From: Savitreella phatthalungensis
Taxonomy: Eukaryota
DNA: 64,000 bases
Direction of reading: 5' to 3'
NCBI GenBank assembly: GCA_051599415.1
Contig: AP039701.1
Coordinates: 124,001 to 188,000 of the forward strand
Of the stretch, positions 56,701-64,000 are shown piece after piece. The notes beneath the pieces were generated by a model. It was not told the DNA's origin. It was given only the letters and a program-made list of their open reading frames with translations, and did not search any database. Made by a program: the position numbers and the translations under genes. The stretch's first letter is position 1, and every line of letters starts with the position of its first letter.

Positions 56701-57299
56701 AATCGTGAGATGGGTCCGCTGACTGCGCCTTTATCGCTAGCGAATCGAGGAAGGTGTCTTGCCAGGAGCTCGGCGACCTTGCGCGAGGTCGATCTGTAGC
56801 TGCAGGCGTAGAGGCACAAGTCGACTGCCAGGTTGGCAAAACGACGTGCAGCAGCAGTCTCTCGGACATTCAAAAAGTCTGTCAGAGCTGCAAGAACATC
56901 TGGTAGAGGATCAAGGGATGTGAAAACGGCCTTTTTCAAAGGTCGATGCCTGACGATTGCTTGGAGGACAGTGATGGCAGTTGTTGAGGTTTTCGTGGCA
57001 GCATCGCTTGAAAGTTCGCTCAGTGCGTGGAATGTGACAGTGATGCCTTCGATCAACTTTGAACGTCGTAGCAGTGAAAGCTGAGTAGTGCCGTCGAGTG
57101 CACAGAAGGAGGACAGGAGACCTGTCCAGATATGGTCGAGTTCGTCCGGTTTGGCTTCAGGGAGGATCTCCAGTAGGTATCTGGCAACAAATTCTTCCCT
57201 GCGAGGAAACTTTGCAGCATTGACAGACTTGAGCCTCTGGGAAATTGGCAAGTCTGCTGTGCGTAGACCCTTGGTGACCTGCTCAAGAGATGGCGCCAT
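53727..57299 (-). CDS. URB2: Nucleolar pre-ribosomal factor Urb2/Npa2
   Basis: 1190-aa Leu-rich helical protein; C-terminal LxxHLP..Y..R.G..LDxxxRAxWxxxxEDWxRxGKW. Confidence 0.75.
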   Translation of the reverse strand: MAPSLEQVTKGLRTADLPISQRLKSVNAAKFPRREEFVARYLLEILPEAKPDELDHIWTGLLSSFCALDGTTQLSLLRRSKLIEGITVTFHALSELSSDAATKTSTTAITVLQAIVRHRPLKKAVFTSLDPLPDVLAALTDFLNVRETAAARRFANLAVDLCLYACSYRSTSRKVAELLARHLPRFASDKGAVSGPISRFLQATLFSPDILEEACAGSQPSQNTKQLDLYTLLKDHAGHMAISNLSRVCFEAANNLDLSVTKTIQVWHSLLLTWTQLATGVDKLHVLIQLAATVGSVSSSRFLTPGNNERVREAEIELVEILVNCHDENLKLQASRALLLLDPDVLLPSQVDFLVRLAQSLAGNHDQVDIELFEVELARAHISIRALPDFLRAFGMAHPVRSTPNLLLHRLLSSELAKATEATRTDALRQLIDCATLGPEKRLAYELLSPAISSFSYGSAKLESFGSALAQVCADVVPGTPAAQAASRLELIYNSLVQAPHRPWTATKKTQASSAHLQALLRLAELGQTLEKLEMTKVLREAEHDIFFCKTLIERFLPVIVPLMSDSQKPSFISTCIEHDLQASPALLECDALFMPLQDALVASAQSGGLETLINVPAEWYHKAMRHRIVSSLLAISQERRDDQALIARLLLRFARAGIFAKTEGADIHEWLISLWMRLVEPSSSKLTHALLDAYLNYLLPVDDQIFQLACAEDAPIAMQRMLLPKLPAEYRERQSWSSICDRFLTAANTQSIESSDTLETLNTIVQLDPVGTRSKLESSDLLGGLLDKLANTLDRAHTETGIELQAARLLGMLALDDREALQTISLVEAKSLSDDTLSFFAHGVVSTMSRETREVLVGSWPSTPSDTWLHLATALSTIEMESTRYLLPCFVGTCNQIDMAPITRQWRQQHAFLHVMLDRHHRVLRQSHVDDVCVAVGSILAAITDASPQEALLLDAATSEELEAVYLSTCQLLRAVFEHLGLFLRNRLHIVIHLFCRLASALLSRSFKIELSKEVWPSRKSADQLSRLWSTFVTSGRRATASSSSSSSSSSAPVAATDKKAAVTLASAFDRALAKHLPPLFIEFVYLTYDAGRVLAPVKSSLAHFDAMEGLEYTDALQRKAMNDANRPATIEALRVAREVTREGVLWSALAISSQHERDTTAAALDTSRRAMWRRMLEDWERLGKWREL

Positions 57300-57754
57300 C
57301 AGTGCTGCAGCTAGGGAATATGAGCAGTGAGCGCACGACAGAGAGTTATAGCCACATTGATCAGGCGTGACTGTACGATTGACAGCTTAGCAGCTCTGCT
57401 GACTGCTTTGAGAGATACTGTAATGGAGTATCTTCGTCAACACTTCGAGGATGTCCTTGGTAGGGAGATGAAGTTGTGTGCCTGCATCACTTTTCAGATG
57501 CGCTGTGATTGCTGTTGAGATTGATCACACGTAAGAATGAGAATTCACATGTCTCAAACACATCCGCTCTGACAAGGATCTACACTCTTCAAGAGCTTCG
57601 ACCCAGCACATCCGCAAGCTCGGAGTTGGACCCATTCTGAAGTACTCTCAAGGCCTGTATACTCTCCATTGTGATTGACGTACACCAACTACACTCTTCT
57701 TTCAGTTGTCCCTCGCGGCAGTACAGTAGACGGCGTGCCGTGCTGTGTGCCATG

Positions 57755-58327
57755 CTATGCCCTTGTCTGGTTGTCTAAGGTGGATCCCTGTCAGTATTTT
57801 TTGATGTTCGAGCATAGAGGAAGAGGATTGCTTGAGCTCACTGTAGTCTGCACCGCCTGCTTTGCGGAGTCTGGGTACGATGACCTTTTCATCTAGATCT
57901 GCTTCTCTCTCTGCATCGACCTGGATTGAAAAGTGCTGAAGGACCTGCCTGACTTGTGCAGCGAGGATTCCTACTTTCGCCTTTCGCATCACCTTCGTTC
58001 CCTGGCCGATCCACACCACAAACACAAACTTCTCGCGCTTGGATTCTGTGTCGTTGGCGTACGTTACTTTGGCGTACCCGTACGCTGCATCATCACGGTC
58101 CAGTGACTTGGACATCTCGGAAAGACCGCCGGTACCAGTTCCTTTCACGACGAGCTTGTCACCTTTGGCTTCAGCGTAAGAGAGAAGTAGCCTGTTTGGA
58201 TATGTGTCAGTCGGGGGTTTGAGTGGAGATCAGTACGCGGATGAATATACCAATTGGTGTCTGTCTTGTCATTACGAACGTCATCGTACGCGGCTTTGAT
58301 CTCTTCAGTCTGTGCTGGATTACTCAT
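57755..58327 (-). CDS. Coactosin-like ADF-H protein; exons 58327-58251, 58191-57842, 57774-57755
   Basis: AYDDVRNDKTDTNWLLLSY, GTGGL, KREKFVFVVWIG, LRKAGGADY; two canonical introns. Confidence 0.88.
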
Positions 58328-58631
58328 GCTGGCAGAATATGGTCGATGATAATAGATGTCTTTGTATGGCAAGGGCTTATGACGATGGTTTCCACTCATC
58401 AACTCCAGATTATCCACCTGATCGATTTAGCCCGCTCGGGATTCCACAATTTGACATTTGTGCACGTGTATGGAGTGAGTTGAGGTATGAGGGTAGGTCA
58501 GTTCGATGACAGCTGGATGGATATGGAGTTGTGACTTAAGGAGATGCGATGCCATTGTCTCTCTCGTCTATGCTGCTACAAAGATACATGTACAATAGTT
58601 GTGAATTACTGGTGAGCTGCGGGGAGACTGT

Positions 58632-60176
58632 CTACCTGAATAGCCAGGCTTTGTCGCCGAACGCTGAGCCGCCGGTGGTGAGGAGGTGTTGGTGAATAAC
58701 CGAGAGTGCTTTGATGCTGTCTCGCTCGTTGATGACGCAGGAGATATTGATTTCCGATGCTCCTTGTGAAATCATCTCGATGTTGATGCCTGCTTGAGCG
58801 AGGGTTGAGAACATCTTGCCTGAGATACCGATCAGGTTCTTCATCTGCATTCCCACGAGCGACAGGATCGCCATCTCCTTCTTACGCGTCACCTCGCCAA
58901 TCGCATTCAGGTCGGATTCGACCCCACGTAATGCAGCCAGCTTGACCTCAGCGTGGATCGCCATCGACACGTGGACCTCACTCGTCGAGATCAAGTCCAC
59001 AGTAAGCTTCCACTTGTCCAGGATGCCAAACACTTTGGCAAAGAAGCCATGGGAGACTGTCTTCCTGTTCGACTCGACGACCAAGATGTTGATGTTGTCC
59101 TTGATGGTGACTGCTGTTGGCATCTTGCCAAGCCTTGCTGCTTCCATTGGGTTTTGGTGCGGTACGTTTGCCGGGGTGGCTGAGCCTGAGCGTGATGCTG
59201 CGTCCGGGAAGATGACAGTGCCTGCGCCCCCAGGGTTTTCCACGTTTTTGATCCTGATAGGGATACGTGCTCTGACGACGAGATTCGAGATGAAGGGATG
59301 GATGACTTCTGAGCCGTAGTAGGTGAGTTCTGCGGCTTCCTCTGGCGTGATACGGGGCAACAGTCTCGCCGTTGGTACCTTTCGCGGGTCTGCCGTAAAA
59401 ATTCCGTCGACCTCCTTCCACACCTGAAGCTCCTCTGCGCCGAGCCCGATGGCGATCAACGCCGCACACAGATCCGTGTAACCTCGACCGATCATTGCCA
59501 GCAGACTGCCTGGCACCACGCCAAAGTATCCCGTCACCACTGGCACCTTGTCACCACACGCTGCCAGCCGCTCACGCATCTTGTCGCACACGTGGTCGTA
59601 GAACGTCTGGTCGAGTCCCTTGCCATCCTGCATTACATACTCGCCTACGACCTCTTCAAGGCCGACGTACTCAGCCGCAACGCCACGGTCATTTAGCAGA
59701 GCTGCCATGTACATGCACGACAGCTTCTCACCTGTCGCGAGGATGTTGTCTAGGGTTTTCGGTGAGACCTCCTGAAGAAATTGGGCTGCGTTAAGGATAC
59801 CATTCAGATGTGCGCACTCTAGTGAGATCTGTGCGACCAGAGGTTCCAGTATCGATCGATCGCGGATGGCGAGGGTGGAAGCGTCGATGTGATCTGCTTC
59901 GATGGCGGCCACGATCGCACGATAGTCATCTGTCTTTGGTACTTTTTCGGCTTCCTTGGCCGCCTTCAGCAATCTGTTCGTCGTTCCTTCTGCTTTCGTG
60001 TCGGTCGACCGTGCTGAGCAGACGAGCACGACCCGATGTGCGGGCACATGCGTCTTGACGATATCTACTGCAATCTTGTCTGCGAACTTTCCCACTGATG
60101 TGCCGCCGAACTTCTGAACGACCCATCGCTGGCCGGGCGTGTTGGAGAGTCTCGTGCTGGGCGCAGTTGATGTCAT
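58632..60176 (-). CDS. HOM3: Aspartate kinase
   Basis: VQKFGGTSVG, GRGYTDL, WKEVDGIFTADP, ACT domains. Confidence 0.97.
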   Translation of the reverse strand: MTSTAPSTRLSNTPGQRWVVQKFGGTSVGKFADKIAVDIVKTHVPAHRVVLVCSARSTDTKAEGTTNRLLKAAKEAEKVPKTDDYRAIVAAIEADHIDASTLAIRDRSILEPLVAQISLECAHLNGILNAAQFLQEVSPKTLDNILATGEKLSCMYMAALLNDRGVAAEYVGLEEVVGEYVMQDGKGLDQTFYDHVCDKMRERLAACGDKVPVVTGYFGVVPGSLLAMIGRGYTDLCAALIAIGLGAEELQVWKEVDGIFTADPRKVPTARLLPRITPEEAAELTYYGSEVIHPFISNLVVRARIPIRIKNVENPGGAGTVIFPDAASRSGSATPANVPHQNPMEAARLGKMPTAVTIKDNINILVVESNRKTVSHGFFAKVFGILDKWKLTVDLISTSEVHVSMAIHAEVKLAALRGVESDLNAIGEVTRKKEMAILSLVGMQMKNLIGISGKMFSTLAQAGINIEMISQGASEINISCVINERDSIKALSVIHQHLLTTGGSAFGDKAWLFR

Positions 60177-60832
60177 TGCGAGTGCTGCGAGGCCTTACAG
60201 ACCGTCAGCCAGATCAAGACAAATGCACTCACCCACGCCTACGCCTGTCTTTCAACCAGGCTCGGGAAGTCTAGACTAATTTTTTTGAATGTTGTCCTTT
60301 GCGGAAATTTGAGTGACTCTCATTTGCGCGATGTGGAAATGGAGAAAACGGGTTCATCGGAATGCAGATCAAGATGATCTTGATCTAATCTGTCAGATAA
60401 AGCAAACTTATTTGAGATAGAATGCAGCGCAGCGGTCGCTCGACAACATCACTGTTGTATGTACTTCGGCCGCCAGACAGGAACCTACTCTCAGATACAC
60501 TAAGGATCAGACGCATGAAGGTATGAGACAATCGTGTGATATGCTTTTTACAGACACGACTGCGCTACAGGTTAGAGGCTGGCGGATGCGGAAGGGATGC
60601 GAGGTGTCCAGGAGACTGATCTATACGCTCTCGACAGACATCACGAGAGGCAATTCTTTTGAAATCCCTAGACCACCGTTGCGAAGCCGCACGATCCGAT
60701 TCCAGTTGACCTCTTCGCGTGTAGGTTTAAAAGGAAAACAAATGCTTTTCGGGGTGGAGAGTAGTGGGTGGACGGTGGTAGATTGACCAACGCCTCGATG
60801 ATTCGCGCAACAAATGAATCTTTGTCGAAAGC

Positions 60833-61743
60833 TCAAGGCTTCTTAAACTCAGAAAGCACAGGATAAATGCTCTCGAAGGCCGTGTAAATCTCCGAACGGA
60901 TCTTTGCACCTGTCAAGACAATCTTGCCAGAGACGAAGATGAGGAGGACGATCTTGGGCTTGACCATGCGGTAGATGAGACCGGGGAACAGTTCAGGCTC
61001 GTACTGGTTTCAGGTCAGTAACTTTCATTCGAAGATCACAACACGACCTGGTTCAGAGTCGGAAGACGACTCGCTCGAGGAGAGGGACCAGAAGGAGGGC
61101 GTGTATGGGGAAATCACTCACACTTGAGAAGTTTCCGTGCGAGTAAGCAAGACCTTCCAATCGGATGGGAAACTTGACGTCGCAACTCCCGACAATGTTC
61201 TGGATCTTGAAGTCCGTGAACTTTGCATTGAATCCCAGCTTCTGGATGATACGCGCATACTTGCGCGATGCCAATTTCGAGTCGTCCTCAGACTTTGCAC
61301 CAGTCACGACCATCTTTCCACTGGCAAAGATGAGCGCCGTCGTCTTCGGTTCACGGATACGCATGATGACAGCTGCGAAACGCTAGAGAGCCGTGTGTCA
61401 GTACAAGAAATCTCGAAGGTTTGATCGCGTCTCTTCTTACCTTTGGGTTGAACTCGGCATTACGGGCGTGCAAGGCGATCGTCTTCAAGTCGAGACGGCA
61501 GTCGAGGTTGACAGTGGCGACGATGTTTTGGAGGGTAGGTACGATACCGGACACGCCTTGGTAGGCGGTAGGATCATCGCTGTCCTCTGCAGCAGCACCA
61601 TTGCTCTTGTCGCCATCCTTGCCTGCCGCTGCGGGCGCCTCACTCTTTACCAGACCGCCATTGCCAGACGGATATGAGAGTGAGTCTGCAGCCATGAAAG
61701 TGCGCGCCTGCGCCGCCGTCGTCGGCACCGATAGGGAGTCCAT
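60833..61743 (-). CDS. SPT15: TATA-binding protein; exons 61743-61441, 61382-61122, 61003-60833
   Basis: [52 protein letters not shown]. Confidence 0.98.
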
Positions 61744-62345
61744 CGCTCTCGAAACTGAGCTGAGCTGGACTGTCGTGAAGGGTGTTGTTAGGTCGAACGA
61801 AAGCTCTTTCGAAGAAGCGCGGCAGCCCAGTCGCGCAGTCTACGATGTTCCGCTGTCTTCAGATCGACCGTAACGGATGAGATGTCCGAGTCAATCAAGC
61901 CCCAGACACGCCGGTTTGAGTCGACGTACAGACAAGAGGGATCAAAGGTTGATCGCTACTCGTCGTATTGTAGCCTTGCGTGATGATACGCGCTAGCAAG
62001 TTGACCACTTGCTACTCAAAGGGATGTGGTTTCCTTTGACTAACAAGGCCTATTGTCCTCGAGATCCTCTTTCAACTCTCTTGGTTTGTGCTTATGTGTG
62101 GCACAGACCCGCGTGATGAGGCTTGACTCTTTGACGAAACCAATCCTCGTGCACGTGCTCCTTCGTGTACTCTGCAAGCGGATGCAGGGGAACTTTGGAT
62201 GAAAAAGGGAGGATAATCGAATGGGGGAAGACGGGTGAAAGAGGAAAGGGAAAAGGGAGGAAAAGAGAGAGTGAAAAAGGGAAAAGCGGGAGAGGGCGGA
62301 AGGATGGAACGAAAATCAGGATTTGATGGGCGCGGGGCATCCTCT

Positions 62346-62354
62346 CTTTATATA
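62346..62354 (-). promoter_or_regulatory. TATA box (TATATAAAG) upstream of TBP gene, followed by CT-rich tract
   Basis: Consensus TATA on the minus strand ~600 nt from the ATG. Confidence 0.55.
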
Positions 62355-63146
62355 CTGCTCACATGAAAAATTTTCTTTTCGCAATAATGGCTTGTCAGGA
62401 GTTCAACAGATCTAGCAATCTGAGTCGGGCCATAGTTTGAAAGGCCACGTCATGGAAACCAAAATACTCTCACTGCTTCCAGCCGGTGTGAATCTCCTGA
62501 TGAAATTCTGGACACGCAAATGAAAATCATTGGCTAATGATCATCCCTCCGCCGCTGAGATAGCAAGTTTGTTCCTTCACAGATACGCGTTCTGGTTTAT
62601 CAGTATGCTCACCCATACAGATTGATTTGCTGCTTGTCTGCCAGCCACAGATTGAAGATTTGCGCATGTGGTCGATTTCGTGCGCGCTTATCCGAATCGC
62701 TTTGTATATCATTTGACCGATCTGAGCTAAGCTGGGACAGGCAGGAAGACGCGATAAATTCAGTTTGATAAGATACACGCGTTCTGATCGTGCCTCTGGA
62801 CGCGTGATCGTCGACGTGCACGAGGATGTATGCATGGTAGAGGATGGTATCTGGACGGGTGTGGGATGGAAGCGATTGCAATCTTCACGCTGCACGCGGG
62901 CGTTTCAGTCTTACCCACACGATCACAGTCACGCCCAAACAGTAAAAGACGAGGCAATGCAGCGTCATGCTTTTGTATAGGAGGATAGCATCTTTTTTCT
63001 TTTTCAAAGCTCCCGAGTGTCTTGCACTTGCTCGGTTGAGCTAGGCCTGATTATGGTACATCGTACGTGACGTGAAGGTGACGTGGCTTAGAATCGCATG
63101 ACTGACTTTTCTCTTCCATGTGAGCCTGAACGGTCTAGGTCATCGC

Positions 63147-64000
63147 CTAGCTGACTTCTGCACCTTCTGCCTCAATCTCTGGTTCTGCACCATCACCATT
63201 GACAATTGGCACCTTCTTCGAGGCTGCGACTGGCTCGGGCTGAGTTGCGCCCTTGACCTCGCCCTCGACGTCGATCAGATTCTCTGCTGCAGGAGCCTGG
63301 AGACGGTGTGCGAGACGTTCGCGGTTATTCTTCTTGAGGTCTGTTCGCCATAGGTCGAGAACACCGTCAATCCGCTTTGGTACGTAGGTTCGTGCGAATA
63401 GTCCGGCTTCCGGGAATCGCTGGGTCTTGACGAGTGAGTCAAGACATGCATCTGCATCGCCAAGGGACAGGTTCGACACGAACGCGATGTTGTGCTGACC
63501 GGCATCGTCTGAGAGCTTGGCGAGCTGCTTGAGACCGTCCGTGCTGCCTGTGGATGAATGAAGGAGGAGCAATGAGCCGAGATCCTTTGCCTCTGTGTAT
63601 GACTCTTCTGCGAGTGCAAAGTTCCAGGCAGCAAGGGCGGCATCGCCGAGCGCCCGCCACTTGATGTCTGATGACGCCGTCTTGGCGATTTCGTGAGCTT
63701 TATCAAGTAGTTCAAGCGACAATGCCAACTCGAACTTGTGCTCGACATCCGGCGTCACATCGAGTGCCATCTCTCGCAGACCTTGACCCTCGAGGAATCT
63801 GGCGACCTTGCTGCGCTGATCTGCCGGGATTGTCTCGAGAATTGTAGCTGCCTCATCGTAGTCGCCTCTGATGATCATCGTCTGGTATTCGATCACTGTC
63901 AGAGCTAGTGCGTACGAAGAGATGTTGAGATCCTTGTCTGCAAGGTAGATGCGACCGTCGCGTGGAATGTAACCAAGCAGGTACATGCCGCTGTCGAAGT
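63147..64000 (-). CDS. SEC27: COPI coat beta' subunit, C-terminal part (5' end outside window)
   Basis: YLLGYI..RIYLADKD, KVARFLE, KWRALGD, EAGLFARTY. Confidence 0.93.
   Translation of the reverse strand, partial: FDSGMYLLGYIPRDGRIYLADKDLNISSYALALTVIEYQTMIIRGDYDEAATILETIPADQRSKVARFLEGQGLREMALDVTPDVEHKFELALSLELLDKAHEIAKTASSDIKWRALGDAALAAWNFALAEESYTEAKDLGSLLLLHSSTGSTDGLKQLAKLSDDAGQHNIAFVSNLSLGDADACLDSLVKTQRFPEAGLFARTYVPKRIDGVLDLWRTDLKKNNRERLAHRLQAPAAENLIDVEGEVKGATQPEPVAASKKVPIVNGDGAEPEIEAEGAEVS

Noticed and set aside
62092..62340. 82-aa ORF upstream of TBP
   Set aside because: ATG lies only ~6 nt after the TATA box (probably upstream of the TSS) and it translates a CT-rich tract

Overview
Gene-dense (~38 protein-coding genes in 64 kb) eukaryotic DNA from a fungus. 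Introns are few and short (about 40-120 nt, GT-AG, CTRAC branch points). Gene content and compactness suggest an ascomycete, possibly Taphrinomycotina (inference only). Most genes are housekeeping: NSL1, PRE8, EMC5, PRE7, RPL30, RPL28, MNN2-like, BOI/Pob1, MPO1, YKT6, RAD1, uS11m, CWC2, NFS1, RMT2, MRPS9, ATP19, SEC23, HIR1, QCR7, PrpD, NSP1, RRP7, URB2, coactosin, HOM3, TBP and a partial SEC27. Several of these are spliced genes missing or fragmentary in the ORF track, and I reconstructed them by hand. I saw no tRNA, rRNA, CRISPR array or intact transposon. Best leads: (1) a long hairpin ending 5 nt before the RPL30 start codon, with a kink-turn-like core resembling the yeast eL30 autoregulatory site but apparently detached from the intron; (2) a Ykt6 that ends in -CC with no CAAX box; (3) an orphan MysC-like (mycosporine) ATP-grasp ligase flanked by a PhnP-like and a RecJ/DHH-like phosphoesterase; (4) a GSKIP-like gene; (5) a TATA-driven, ATG-free ~590-nt TBP leader. 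All family assignments come from motif recognition, not database searches.
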